In this document: one piece after another, positions 1 to 13,175 of the stretch
How positions within the stretch are numbered: the stretch's first letter is position 1
Layout: every line of letters begins with the position of its first letter
NCBI GenBank assembly: GCA_023920165.1
Contig: CP089276.1
Span: 4,526,001 to 4,590,000, forward strand
DNA: 64,000 nt
Direction of reading: 5' to 3'
Source: Curvularia clavata
Taxonomy: Eukaryota
Position numbers and translations under genes: made by a program
The notes under the pieces: generated by a model
Database searches by the model: none
What the model was told of the DNA's origin: nothing
The model's input: only the letters and a program-made list of their open reading frames with translations

Positions 1-700
<700 letters not shown>

Positions 701-810
701 GATGACGGATTCCAGGTAGCCGGTAAGATTGATGATCAGGAGCTACTCAAGGAACGGGTACCAGGTTGATCGAGGATTTCGTTTCCTTTTATCCATTACT
801 TCCATAAACA

Positions 811-1128
811 CTAGCCAAGACGTGTTGAAAGCATGCTAGTCGGAATTCTTCTAGGTCAAGGCCGAAGAAGAAGCACGTGGAGGTTAACAAATTGAGAGAA
901 GCGAAATCCCACGAGTAACGAGACATGAACCTTGTACGCCTTAATAGGCCAAGCTTTTCCACCTTTGTAGCCCGTTATATTCATCAATAAGAGAAGATCA
1001 TCTGCCCGGGCGACTAAAAGCTAACCGGCTTCGATCCCCTCAAACTTAGGGCGAACTTCTATTCATCAATTGGGCTACGCGATCACCATTTCAACATGTC
1101 GGTAGATTTCCAAATGGATTTCTTAGCC
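811..1128 (-). promoter_or_regulatory. Candidate XlnR-type sites upstream of the xylanase
   Basis: GGCTAG (811-816) and GGCTAA (1123-1128) on the minus strand match the XlnR consensus GGCTAR. Short motifs, so chance occurrence is possible. Confidence 0.35.
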
Positions 1129-2050
1129 GCGTCCACGAATAAATGCCTAGTAACAAGAGACGTTCATTTCGCATTTCATTTACTATGGGCCAGGGCTGGT
1201 GATCGGAAATATATTAACCGGCCAATAGTATAGCCTCAGCATCTCAAAGGCGGATGGTACCAATATGGTTGCTCGGAACAAAACACCGCCTAGCTTGGCA
1301 CTTCTCTTGGCAAGGCTTTTCCCCGGAATTACTACGGGTAAGGAGACCGGTTATTGTGAGCACTGAGCGAAACAAAATAATCGATGAAAAACAAGGTGTG
1401 GTGGATGCGAGTGAAGCATTTGGCAATGGGTAAAATCAACAGGTTAAAAAGGTCAGACGCTATACCGAATTTGGAAGAGCAGCTAATTACAGAAGTCCAT
1501 TTAGCTATTTTGCGAGATTCTTGCGGCTGCTTATTCGAGGTAGTAGCTGATAACTTGAGTTTGATGGCTCGACGAGGTCCATTTTAGGAAGCACCGTAGT
1601 CCTTCGCCGTTTTCGGTCGTATATATTGGCTTACGTATCACTGGACAGCCCGACGACAGCGTCGTTTAAAATAGTAACATCGGGTATGGCAATCAACACT
1701 GGAATAACAATCCGCTGGTGCCGATTTGCTGTTTTTCTCAGAATCAATGCTGAAGAACCGTTTTCTTCCTTTCTCATACATGACTACCCGCTCTCAGTGT
1801 TGATGTAGTTTAATTAGGTGGGAGAAATTTGAATATCAAGCTTCTCGAACTCTACGTCTTAAGGAAAGACATGTGTTCCGAAGATTAAACACGTCAAAGC
1901 AGGCACTGGCTCGTACAGCATGTCAACCCGCTAGTTTGCAGACGCTATAGATTTTTAATTACTATCACTGGTCATCCCGCCATGATGTGGAGGCCAGCAT
2001 GCGCCTCACTGAATAGAAAGGGTCAACGGTCCAACATTATATATTTACAG

Positions 2051-3115
2051 CTACAGAACAGTCTTCGAAGACCTTGCTTTTTCGGGAACTCTCAGCTGAC
2101 ACCTTCCTGACTCCAGGGTATTTACACGTTCTTCAAGGCTGATAGTTTCTACATGCTCAACACTGGCTTCATACGTGTTCACAGATGACTCCGTTTTACC
2201 GTGATCTCTCAAGCTGATCTCATCTATCCTTGAAAAAGCCCCCGTGTTATGTGTGCTCGTGCCCGAATTAGTCTTCTTGCTTCCAGTCCATCTAGCAAAG
2301 CTAAGTGTGTTTTTTCCCATGGTTCGTGGGTTGCTGAGGAGGTCTTTGTGTTTGACAATGCTGACAAGGCGATTGAGAACCGAAAACTCGATTTTGAGCT
2401 TGATGCTGTAGATAGCCGTTTTGTAGGTGGTCTGGATTTCGTAGTGGCCAGAGAATTGAACCGCTAGAAGAGTGACGTCGAAGATGAGGACTACGACATT
2501 GACGAGGATGAGATGTCTGAGGAGCTTCTTGAGAGGCTCCGGAGCCTTGCTGCCTTCTCCACCTAGCAGTAACACTGTATTGTAGATGTATATCATGGAA
2601 ATGATGGTTTCTTGGACAGAGAGTACAACAATTTGTATCTTGTCATAAACCAAAAAGCCGGGGAGGAAGCGAGCCGAATGCTTCGAATTCGCACCCATGG
2701 CTAGGGTGAAGAGTGGAATGCCGAGGACGACGCCAGTGAAAATGATCATGTACAACACCCAACGGATTCGGGTCTTGTCGCGAACGACGAGATGAAGACG
2801 GGAATACAAGACCACTGATTGCCCGATAACCATGCATGCCCAACCCACACCGATTATAGCGCTCGATAAGAGGTCCAAGGTGGTAACCTGGAAGAATTTG
2901 AGGACGAATCCGACTGCGTGAGGAATGATGCCGAATGTCGCGATGGTGAAACTCCAAAAGTACAGCCCACTCCGTTGTTTGAATACGGCAAATATCAGGA
3001 TCATGACCTCGATGGCATTGTACAATCCTATGGCGAGAAACGCGGACATGGTCATTAAAATTGACAGGTGTGCAGTGACACCACCAACGATGCCTACATC
3101 CTTCTCTTGCACCAT
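2051..3115 (-). CDS. Fungal multi-pass integral membrane protein (DUF7703-like)
   Basis: Intronless 354-aa ORF with about 7 hydrophobic helices. Motifs GLYFWS, GQSVVLYSRLHLV, QETIIS and YSIKLKIEFSVLNRL are typical of this fungal family (recognised from memory). Confidence 0.8.
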   Translation of the reverse strand: MVQEKDVGIVGGVTAHLSILMTMSAFLAIGLYNAIEVMILIFAVFKQRSGLYFWSFTIATFGIIPHAVGFVLKFFQVTTLDLLSSAIIGVGWACMVIGQSVVLYSRLHLVVRDKTRIRWVLYMIIFTGVVLGIPLFTLAMGANSKHSARFLPGFLVYDKIQIVVLSVQETIISMIYIYNTVLLLGGEGSKAPEPLKKLLRHLILVNVVVLIFDVTLLAVQFSGHYEIQTTYKTAIYSIKLKIEFSVLNRLVSIVKHKDLLSNPRTMGKNTLSFARWTGSKKTNSGTSTHNTGAFSRIDEISLRDHGKTESSVNTYEASVEHVETISLEERVNTLESGRCQLRVPEKARSSKTVL

Positions 3116-6100
3116 GTTTTCAGGCGTCGGTTGCCTACGGGAGAGTGGAAGATGTGGTGCGGAATCAAGCCGGGTGTTGAATGGAGCAGATAACGATGCT
3201 CTGCAAGGATGACATGGAGAGCGTGCGCACTGAAGTTGATGGATCGTCTTCAGAAGCTGCGATATGGGTGCATTCCACAGCAGGCCACATCATACGAGTA
3301 GCCATGGTTAATACATACTAGTAACTAGCTGGTGGCACGCGTCTCCTTCGCCATCGCAAACCTTCAGGGTCGTCAGTTGCCCGCCTTAAGAAATCGAGCT
3401 ATCTTAAGGGGGACTACGTTCCAGACGGACGGCCGGGTGGCGTTCCCCGGATTGGAGACCGGGTGCTGGTTGGCACGGGCTGGGTTAGCCGCACAAGCGG
3501 GATATTGTGGTTGGCTCCGTGCTCGGTTTCGCAGATGCGCGCTCAACAGTGGCGTCTGCGCCCGCATGCATCGTGATGGGAATCTGTTGCTCATTTGCAG
3601 GCTTCAGGTGCCTAGCCAGGCTTTAGACTGTCAGGCTATGACCCGCATGCGCCAAAGTATAGTGTGCCTCGTCCGACCACTTGGTCCTTGGGACGGGATC
3701 ATGCCGAGGTGTGAGATGCTTGTTGCTGATTAATGGCATGTCGGCCGGAGGATATCAGCCATAGGATTTCTTGTCGAGGTAAGGACTTCCTAATTTGTCT
3801 ACACTGAATGGGTTGAGCGAGTTTGGTGGTGCCGCGATACTGTCCCCCCACGTCTCAGCGCATGACCGCTTCCGTGTCTTCCCATTGCAAGATTATCTCG
3901 CTTACTAGATGCTTGTAGTTGTATCTTGCATAGCCAATAAACATTATATAGGCTCCATGAATCCCTGAAGTCACAGCGCTAGACTTATCATAAAAAGCTA
4001 TGTCTCAAGATTCTTAGGATGGCCTTCTTAATCGTAAATGTGAAGGTGGGCGTACTCAAATCCAGTGCACTTGATCACTGCCTGCGTGGAATGGGTCCGG
4101 CCATCTACTGCTTCTTGACCACGTAAGAGACGATGGTCAGCGCATGGAATAGATACCCCCAGAATCCTGCATGTACTGGAGGCGTCTTGGGCTGAAATTG
4201 TAGCCTTGGTATTGGATAGGAGCAATTCAAACTATCCTTCTTTGAGCCATGTATAATAAACTTTGGGGTTCCTCTGGTCACGCCGCTGATCAAGTTGGGC
4301 AGCATCAGTGCTCTAGGGCATCTACGGATTGGCTGTGCTGTTAGAACCACTCCAAACGCGCAACCCGCTCTGACCAGGCAAGCAAGTCCTGTTTCAAAAT
4401 ACCGTGCTCTCCTTTGGTCCCGTTCTTGCACGCGCCCCTACCCCTTACCTGGCAAGCTTTGCGACTAATTTCACCCAAGCGTCTGTCATGGTTGCTTATT
4501 CCACTGCTTTTACGATTCAGTTACCCTGCAAAGCGAGCTCTGATTATTTACACATATGTAGATAGGTACACGACAAATCCTTGCAGCGGTGTGGCGATAA
4601 TGCAGTCATTAGTCTTGGAGTTTGACGTGATTGGTCCACATCAAAATCTCATCTACTCAAGGGTACTAGTGCAGCTTGGCCGACGCGAATGAATAACGTA
4701 CAGCAAATTGTGCTCTCAATGCATCCTCACCAGGTAGTGTTAAAGGTAATTGTGTCTTCTCTATATGCCACCGTGGAGTAGCGCACCTTTGAAAAGCAAT
4801 CAAGAAGCAAGTCAAGCGTTTGAGACACATCGCGCCTTACGACCATGCATTGTCGAGAAGGAAAACAAAAGAGAACCACATGTTGGCAGCTTGTAAAGCC
4901 CATCACAGTGTCAGATGGAGCTAATCATATCTGAAGAATCTTGAAATGAAAAGCCAACGTGTAGTTAGTAAATGCCTTACAATGGCCTTTATTACATCGA
5001 CACCAACTGGATACTGCCCTATATCTTCGATCACCACAGGTTCGTCCAAGTAAGCATTGCCTATGCGTCTATCTAGGTTTTTGCTATTCTGTTGGGTACT
5101 GCGCAATACCATGGCCTGTGACCAACCTGGAGCGCACCGAGACGTCTTTTTGGTTTTTTTGAAAGCTCAGTTGCTAAATGACGGTTGCGTTCCAGAGGCG
5201 AACCAGACGTTTACCCAAGTATGGCTGAGCACTGTACCATGGTCACCCAAGCTCTAGTTGAGATTGGAAACGCTCTTTCAGCACCATCGTGACCAGCAAG
5301 CCGAATAAATGGAACGGATGTGCGAGGGAAGGAGAAGACGCTGTTGCATTCACCTATGGGTTTTGCCCAATATGCATACATCGGGTTATTGTATTCGGGA
5401 TGAAGAGTTGCAGCCACGCCAGTAGAAGCTGACATAGTATGTAGGCAGACGAAATGCATATTGTTGTTGGGCAACAGGCTCAACGGCGCAATGTGCACGG
5501 GCACAGCTTCGGGGCAACGAACAGCGGGTTGCCTGCGTCACGACGGGCGGCTTGGGTGGCGGCGTTAGAGGGCTGTGCTAAGATCGTCAGGGCGCATCAG
5601 CTGTCGTATGGTGACCGTATGTAACCTCTGAGGCGCTCCAGCTGAAGTTGACGTGCATGGCGTGGCGTCACGGGGCGAAGGGGCTGCTGTCGTGGCCAAA
5701 GAGCGCCTTCCCGGCTCAGCCATGCCGAAGGCGAGACTCTGCATCGACCGCGCTGTGCCCACTACGCACCCGTTCACCTTACTCGTATATACCTAGTACA
5801 CTGCAGCCTCACACACCTCTTCAATTCAGTATGCCAGCCGCGTGTTTCCGCCATGGCCATGGTTGTCATCTGCCAATCGCGGCGGCGTTGACATCTTCGC
5901 CTCCTTCTCAACATCACTTCTTGGCATATATTCTTCGTGCACGTGCGTACTGGGCAATATGATACTTGCGCAACATACCAGGTAATCCTTGTTTGAAACA
6001 GGCGTTGCCTGTCCTGTGCTCTAGCGTACAGTGGGTTTTCTTGACTTGTTCCCCGACAGCTACGGACACGAGTGCTAGGTATAGCTTCCAGGGCCACTTC

Positions 6101-6358
6101 GAGAGCTGCGTGAAGACGAAGCATTCCTCAATCCTATTGAGCTGTAGATGCCGAAAGACAACCCAAGTGTAACAAATGGCACAAAGCAGAGTGTACGTAG
6201 AAACTCTTAGCACCTTGAGAGAACAACTGTATTGTTACATTGTTTACATATCGTGATTGTAGCGTTGCTGAAGAGTGTAAAAAGACTAAAAAGGACAAAT
6301 ATGCAGGGTCCTAGGTCTGAGCAGGAGATTGTACGGCTACGACGTGCAACTGAGCCGC

Positions 6359-7378
6359 CTACTTCGTTGCAATGGTTGGGACAGCCAGCCTTGGGAACAA
6401 AGTCTTTGCAGAACTGTTCTCAATCCCATCTCGATATTCAGCACTCAAGGTCTTACTAGCGTCCAATTGTTTGGTTGTTCGCTTGATAATCTCTGGAGGG
6501 CAGTTCGGGAAATCGCTCCCAAACAAGATATGGCCCGGCTTCGCGATGGCTTGTAGTGCAGCTAATTGCTCTGGCGCGCTGCACATTGCAGTATCGTAGT
6601 AAAACCATCCAAGCTCTTCGCGGATGTCCTCTGCGCTCTTCTGGATAAAAGGCGTCGATGCCAGTCCAGCCACACGAGAAGCGACCATAGGTAGCGTACC
6701 ACCTCCATGTGAGAGGATGATGCGACAGTCGGAGGCGTGCAAGCGGAGTCTATCACTAAGGATAAGATCCATCGCTGTGCGCGCTGACTCGTGGGGATAG
6801 TCCATCATAGGCAGTGGGAGGCTCTTGTTGACTTGGGTAACACCGACCGCAGAAGTAGGATGAATAAACACAACAGCCTTGCGCTTATTAAGTTCTTGCC
6901 AGATGGGAATAAAGTCCGCATGGCCAAGGTAGCGATTGTCTGAGCCATAGCGTGTCATGAATACAACTCCATCAGCGTTGAGTTCATCTAAGGCGTATCG
7001 AATCTCCGCAAGGCATAGCTCAGTGTCGCTAAGAGAAGGTACACTGGCGAAGAATCCGTAATGTTCTGGGTCCGAGTCACGCACTTTGGCTGAGAACTTA
7101 TTCAGTTCACGAGCCAGCGCTGCAGCTTCCTTTGGGATCGTCTTGACAGTAGGACCAGGAGATGTGTGGCTCAAAATTGCAGTATTTACTCCAATACTCT
7201 CGCATAATTCGCGGTCGCTCTGGATGGTCCACTCTGGCACGTACCATCCCGAAGGATCTCCGCCTTCCTCTTCGAGTGCTGAGACTACAATTAGCGATAG
7301 ACTCAGTATTTCAGAGACACACATACCTTGCGCATAGGCGGGTGAGTAGACATGATGGTGAACGTCAATCTTGCCCAT
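6359..7378 (-). CDS. Amidohydrolase-2 family metal-dependent decarboxylase (6-methylsalicylate/ACMSD-like)
   Basis: Motifs KIDVHHH, VFIHP, ILSHGGG, YYDTA and ILFGSDFP. Probable in-frame 48-nt intron at 7279-7326 (GTATGT..GCTAAT..CAG). Confidence 0.88.
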   Translation of the reverse strand: MGKIDVHHHVYSPAYAQGMCVSEILSLSLIVVSALEEEGGDPSGWYVPEWTIQSDRELCESIGVNTAILSHTSPGPTVKTIPKEAAALARELNKFSAKVRDSDPEHYGFFASVPSLSDTELCLAEIRYALDELNADGVVFMTRYGSDNRYLGHADFIPIWQELNKRKAVVFIHPTSAVGVTQVNKSLPLPMMDYPHESARTAMDLILSDRLRLHASDCRIILSHGGGTLPMVASRVAGLASTPFIQKSAEDIREELGWFYYDTAMCSAPEQLAALQAIAKPGHILFGSDFPNCPPEIIKRTTKQLDASKTLSAEYRDGIENSSAKTLFPRLAVPTIATK

Positions 7379-7894
7379 GGCTGTAGTTGAGAAGTAACAA
7401 ACAATTTGTAGTCTACAATGTTGCAGGCACAGGATGAGAATGGATGTGTTGTCGCTCTATATATTGGAAGGACGGCTACGTCATAGCGGCTATGTTAGAA
7501 ACCAAAGTATGTGTTCCGCGATCAAACACGCCGAACATAACCACCTAAACTGTATCCTTCCAATAATCCACACGACCGAGCCTGCCAGCGGAGACACTGG
7601 CGGTACCACCGGTGCTGCTGTCGGCCGATGATGCTCGGTGGTCAGACTGGAACGGAACAAGCTAGTAGCTCGTTTGGGAATAGTCGTAGTCACAGCCAAT
7701 CGCTGCATGATCCGAACTGTGCCGAGTACAGACTTCTTGAATCCTCTGCGACGTTCCTGGGGCCTTCGGGAGGGCCGTTAAATGTCACGATATAATAGCA
7801 CTAATAGCTCAAATACCGACGCAACCTAATGGCACCTTGATTCAGTATTCAACGCCCTCCTTTGGCTCTCAGCTCTTGTCCATTTCATACAATC

Positions 7895-8737
7895 ATGCCT
7901 CATCTCACCGTTCCCGGCGCAGTCCTGCATTACGAAGTCTTCGGTGCCGGAAAGCCTCTTTTTGTCTTCATACCCGGCGCCGATGGCAGAGGGAGCATTT
8001 TCCATCCAGTTGCCAAACTTCTAGCAACCTACTACACCACCGTTTGCTGGGACCGACGAGGCTACTCACAGAGCTACCTTGTCGGCGCCCAGGACTTCCA
8101 ACACCGGCTCCAAGCGGACGCTGATGATGCTCACCGCCTCATCCAACACCTTTCACCCACAAGCGTTGCCACCGTCTTTGGAACTTCTTCTGGCGCCGTC
8201 GTTGCCCAACAGCTGCTTAGCACTCATCCTGAGTCGGTAGAAAAGCTGATTTCTCACGAGCCGCCCTCGTTTTCGCTTCTTCCTCATGAGAAACAGGTCC
8301 AAGGGCGCAGTCTAATTGACCATATTTACAACACATACCGCTCTCAGGGCTACGAAAGCGCAATGAGCGTTTTCACTTCGGGGTTGTCTAATGGGCCTGA
8401 AGCAGAGATCATGCGCTCCTGCATGGATGCGAAACGTGGCGATGAAATCCGCGCCAATTGTTTGTTTTGGTTTGAATTCGAACTTAGACAATATACAGGC
8501 GCTGAAGTCGATATCGAGGGTCTGAGAAGGTCGAAGGACAAGCTGGTTCTTGTTGCAGGGGAGGATAGTGGAGACGGACCCTCTGTTGAGCCAATGAGAG
8601 TGCTCAGCGAAGAGTTGCAGGTGCAGCTCTTAAGGGTGCCCGGGGCCCACCTGGGATATGTTGTTGATCCGGCAGCATTCGTAAGGCGGCTTTTGGATCT
8701 ACGCGACAATCTGCGCGATAATCTGCGCGACAGATAG
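7895..8737 (+). CDS. Alpha/beta-fold hydrolase (esterase/acyltransferase-like)
   Basis: ATG at 7895, intronless. IPGADG oxyanion region, WDRRGYSQS, nucleophile GTSSG, HEPP and C-terminal PGAHLGY. Confidence 0.88.
   Translation: MPHLTVPGAVLHYEVFGAGKPLFVFIPGADGRGSIFHPVAKLLATYYTTVCWDRRGYSQSYLVGAQDFQHRLQADADDAHRLIQHLSPTSVATVFGTSSGAVVAQQLLSTHPESVEKLISHEPPSFSLLPHEKQVQGRSLIDHIYNTYRSQGYESAMSVFTSGLSNGPEAEIMRSCMDAKRGDEIRANCLFWFEFELRQYTGAEVDIEGLRRSKDKLVLVAGEDSGDGPSVEPMRVLSEELQVQLLRVPGAHLGYVVDPAAFVRRLLDLRDNLRDNLRDR
8697..8732 (+). repeat. 12-bp tandem repeat x3 (ATCTRCGCGAYA) at the 3' end of the hydrolase
   Basis: ATCTACGCGACA ATCTGCGCGATA ATCTGCGCGACA, encoding LRDNLRDNLRD. Confidence 0.9.
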
Positions 8738-9080
8738 AAGCCGAACAACAGGGATAGTTAAGTTCAAACGAGAGCATCTACGTATGTGAATTGCCTACGT
8801 TTCCCAAGATGAGGGTTTCGGTTGGGCATTGTTTTTTCCTATATGATGAAACTAACGCTCGGTTACCTCGGGATCCCTATTCGGGGGTCTTTTTGTTAAC
8901 CTGTCTCAATTGGCGACAAAGGTACTGGCTCAGCTCCTGCCACTGGGTATATGGCCGCGCACGGTTGAATGTTCATCACATCTTTCACACTGGTGAGCCA
9001 GTACGGGCAATCCGCTAACCGCGCTTTGGCACATGCTGGATGGGTAAACTATGTTGGCTTGTACCTTACCAATTCTACAA

Positions 9081-11268
9081 TTACAGAGTATGTTCTGCGT
9101 TGAAAATCGATTCGAAATCAAAATGAAAGGGGAGATCTTGAAGCAAATTTGAAAAGTCAATGTCTGCAAAGCCTTCTCTGCCAGGGTCGCCGTTCACCAA
9201 CCGCGCTGAGGTTGAATTATCCTCTATTTGCTCTATCCTTGTGACCATTCGCTGCAAAGCTGACTTGCAAACCTTGACCGCCTCGCTTAGGTGCTCGTTT
9301 TCCTGAAAGAACATCTGAGCGTTTTGCCAAGCCGCTTCAGTCGTCGAACGTGGAAACATGTCGAGCCGTAAAGTGGAGACAGCGAGGACCATAGCTGCCG
9401 TGTACATGTAGTACACCCTAAACCACCAAGCGGGCAGAATAGTGCATATGTCAAGCATGCTATACTGGGTGATAATAGATATGGTGTTTTGCGCGGCTCT
9501 GACACATTCTGAAGCACATCTTTCTAGCATATGCTCAGTCAAAATGCCATTCGGGTGGCTGTCGGGATCTGTTTCCGAGCAGTATCGGGCCAGTAAGGGT
9601 CTGAATAGAAGAATTCGTGAGTGTAGAAGTCTGCCAGAATATTAGTATGGCATTGATTCAATCTGACATCCTGTATGTCACTTCTTAGCGTTCTTACCGC
9701 AGGTGAAGAACAGCGGCTTGTCTCGTAGTAGAGGCATCGCGCAAGGAAGAGGAGCTTTCGTATTTCAAAGATCCAGGCAAGGAATTCTCCCATCTCCTCA
9801 AACAGCCATCAAACCGGAGGATATGAGCCATGTTTTTCTCTGCTTTGCTCGGCTCAAGAAATTGTACGTGTCCCACGCTAGAATTTTGAGTCCGTGGTGG
9901 TGAAAAGTACCTCCAGACTGCACAATAAATAATCTCAGACAATTCCAATGAAGCCGCCACGAAACCATCATAAGTAAGCTGATCATTCCTGTCTTCCTCC
10001 GAACTCAAGTGGGATAGAGATCGGATCGTTGATGCTGTGTTGTCGGGGATCATTGAGGGTCGCCCATGAGCAATGCATATTGTTCTAGATCGAGTATGAG
10101 CTTTGTATGACATATGGGATGCTTCTCGTCGTACCTGTCCATGATGACACACGACTGCCAGACACGACGCTTGAGAGCCGCACCTTCATCGCCAGGCGTC
10201 GACCAAACCTCTGTCAGATGAAGACCAAGGCTTTGCGCAATTCTCACAGCCGAACCTACTGTCATCCAGGTCTGATGAGGTTGGTTTGTGCATTGCAAGT
10301 ACTGGCTAATTAATAGTAGACATTGCACTAGGTCAATTGATCCTTTCTCCCAGACAGTTAATTGGAGAAGGGCTTGTGCTCGTCGAAAATACTTTCCGCT
10401 TAACCGCTCTCTCCCGTTTCGATCTGTCGATTCATGCAGCTGAACAGCGAATGCGAACATAGCATTAAGGGTGCTCAAGAGTATTCGTTCATCGATATCG
10501 GCGGTCTTGCCGAAGAACAGAGCATTATATGATTGCATAAAGCGTGACCTGTCAGGTACCGGAAAAAGTGGGTGCATAACAGACCAATAAGTGTGGACGA
10601 GTTCATCAGCTTGCCTGCGCGGAGGCAACTCATACTCCGTAGCATCGGCTAGACTGTTGAGCACATTGTCACCGTGAGGGGAGGGGAAGATCGGAACATC
10701 GACCAGCGGTGTAGCAGATGGACTCTGAGGCGTGGACATGGCCCCAGATCGTAGGTCGATTGCTGCTTTGATTTGGTTGGTAAAGGCGCTATGGCTACTA
10801 TTGCCAAACCTGGCATTAGTTGCACGATTATTGCAGTCCGTATGGGAGTCAGTCAACGTGGGCAGCGCTGGTTCTGGCCCATATATATTGTGCGGTTGAG
10901 ACACTAAACTTATTCCAGGCGTCTGAAAGTCTCTTAATTGTTGATGCTGGATAGGTTCACTCCCGAGTTCTGATAAAGGAAAAATCGCCTCTCCTGACGG
11001 ACTTGGGATGGGCAGCCTCGAAGTTGAGTGCTCCGCAGTGTTTGGTGAGTATTCACATTTTTCTCGAAGTGCTGGTCTTTTCAGACAGTTCCCGCATACT
11101 AACACTTGGTCAGCAATGGATTGGACGAGTATACTACGACACCGGACCTGGCCGAACAGCATCGCATTTGATCTTCCGTCTGCGACAAACATCGCAGGCA
11201 TGCACGACCTTGAGGCGCTTCCTCCGAGGCATTGGAGCCGATTGGCTAGCAGAGCACCTTGGATCCAT
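9081..11268 (-). CDS. Zn2Cys6 transcription factor with fungal-specific TF domain (multi-exon)
   Basis: ATG at 11268, then RKRLKVVHACDVCRRRKIKCD, an intron, and CGNC..C. Middle homology region has LPPRRQADELV, HPLFPV, AVRIAQSLGLH and KRRVWQSC. C-terminal exon contains LPAWWFRVYY. Confidence 0.9.
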
Positions 11269-12214
11269 GAATACTATTGTATGAATATGGTCTACACAAC
11301 CTCAGAGCGGGATGAAAGAGGACGATGTCAGATTTTGCAGCTGGCGAATCGCTGTTCATTCCGTATCGTTAGTGGCAACCGCAAAGTCTCAACCAATCGC
11401 TGTACGACCCGAGATATCCTTAAGATCCGCGCATCCCGAGCGGGAGTCCCACCCAATGAGTTCGTCGCGCCGACGCATGTTCCGATCTCCAACATTTGTA
11501 TCACCACTTCCACCAAGCTATAGCCAGCCTAACGGATTATAACACGTGGCAGACACGGTAGTGTTGTGTCCCTCCAGAAATAAAAGCTAGGACACAAAAG
11601 TGGGTTAACTCCAAGGGCCTATTGGGTAAACCAAATCGGAGGCTCCAGATTGCGACAAATGGTGGTGAACCGGCGCCGAATGCTGATCAAGGCAAAACGG
11701 AGAAGTAATCGGCGGTTCTTTTCCGGCAAGAAACACTAGATTTCTATCAAAATGGAGGCTTCAATTTGCTAGCGTTCACTACTAGCCTAAACTAGCTATC
11801 AATGTTAATAGTGTTTGTTAGGCAGATAGGTTCCTGTATTCTGAAAACGCGATAATCACTGAAATCTCAAAACAGTACCTTGATGGACGACCAGTCAGGT
11901 AGGAGAACAATGTCTTTACGTCTATATGACTTATGTCGCTGCACAATCTGCCTTGTGAACATCAGTGTCGCGAGACGCTACAATGGCAGTCTAAGTCGGA
12001 TTGTTCTACCCGCTGGTACCATGCCCACGTGCGCTGTCCAACGCAAGTTGTGACGCGGGGCGGCGCAGGTGGCTCGATGTGCCCAGCATCCGCTCAGCCT
12101 GATTTCATGCACTGCCTCGACAGGCAGCCTTTACAGCAGCCCAGCAGAAGCTTCCTCTGTCTGCCTCGCTCTATCGCGACTATACCTTTCTGCTGTCGAC
12201 ACTGTTAAAGTTGT

Positions 12215-13020
12215 TTGCGTCTTGCCTTTTCTAGACTAAGCTAAGATCGTAAATACTATATAGCTTCTCTACTTTGATGGGCTAGGGAAGCTCGTCTTAA
12301 CAGATTTCTATGGTAAAATAATCCTGCCCTACACTATTCTATTGTATAGATAGAGCGATGCTAAGAATTTTATTGAAGATATATTAAGTGGATCTATAAC
12401 AAGAAGAAAGAAGATTATTAAAAACTTAGGTTCTATACTAGTTAAATAGTACAGGACGAGCTGTAGTACTTCTAGATCGATATATACACTATATTGATAG
12501 ATGTAATCTTTACAAGTAGTTAAAAGTAATTAACTTGGTATTTTAGTAGTATACAAATGTTGTCAGGACCTGACCCAATCTGGGCCAGTCTAGTCCAAAT
12601 TCCCCCCGCCCTGGCTATATTAGTCAGCTAGGGCTTGCTTAGGACTATAAAGTTCCAGTGATCGCTAGAGACGCTCGATAGCGATTCATCTTGTGAATCT
12701 ATGGCTGTTAAAGCATAGTTCTCTCTAATCTGTCTCGTGCTGTACTATTATCCTACTAACAGTCTAATACTCTATAGCTGACTCTATAACTATCATAGCT
12801 AGCTATCTATGTAAAGATTTCTATGTAGTGTATTTATATATATAGTAAACTACTATTAAGTTTCTAGAAGATTCTATTATTTAGATCTCTAGTTATACAC
12901 CCCTGTAGTTTGAGATTTTGGTGAGATTTGAAGTGGCCCATTCGCCCGTGAGGTACGTTAATAGTATTAGATGAACCCTACATATAGACTACTTTTCACG
13001 CACTAATGGTGTAGTATCTC
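12215..13020. mobile_element. AT/TpA-rich RIP-degraded repeat relic containing a roughly 200-bp LTR-like segment (12561-12761)
   Basis: Abrupt rise in AT and TpA with no ORFs in the supplied track. The inner segment starts TGTCAG and ends CTAACA (CTGACA with one RIP-type G>A) and contains a TATAAA. No matching TSD was seen. Confidence 0.5.
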
Positions 13021-13175
13021 AGTTTCTGATATGTATAGGCAAGTATTCCCCTACTACGCGTAGACCAGGTGTAACAACTGGCAGCATTTTGCACAGCTGC
13101 AGTCAATCTACTGATGAAATGGTAGGAAAATTTGCAAATCACTCAAATCAGGAATAGTGGGGGCTTTGTGTGGAG

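Noticed and set aside
3200..6300. Many short ORFs in a 3-kb interval
   Set aside because: No recognisable motifs or consistent exon chain. A small or decayed gene cannot be excluded without a search.
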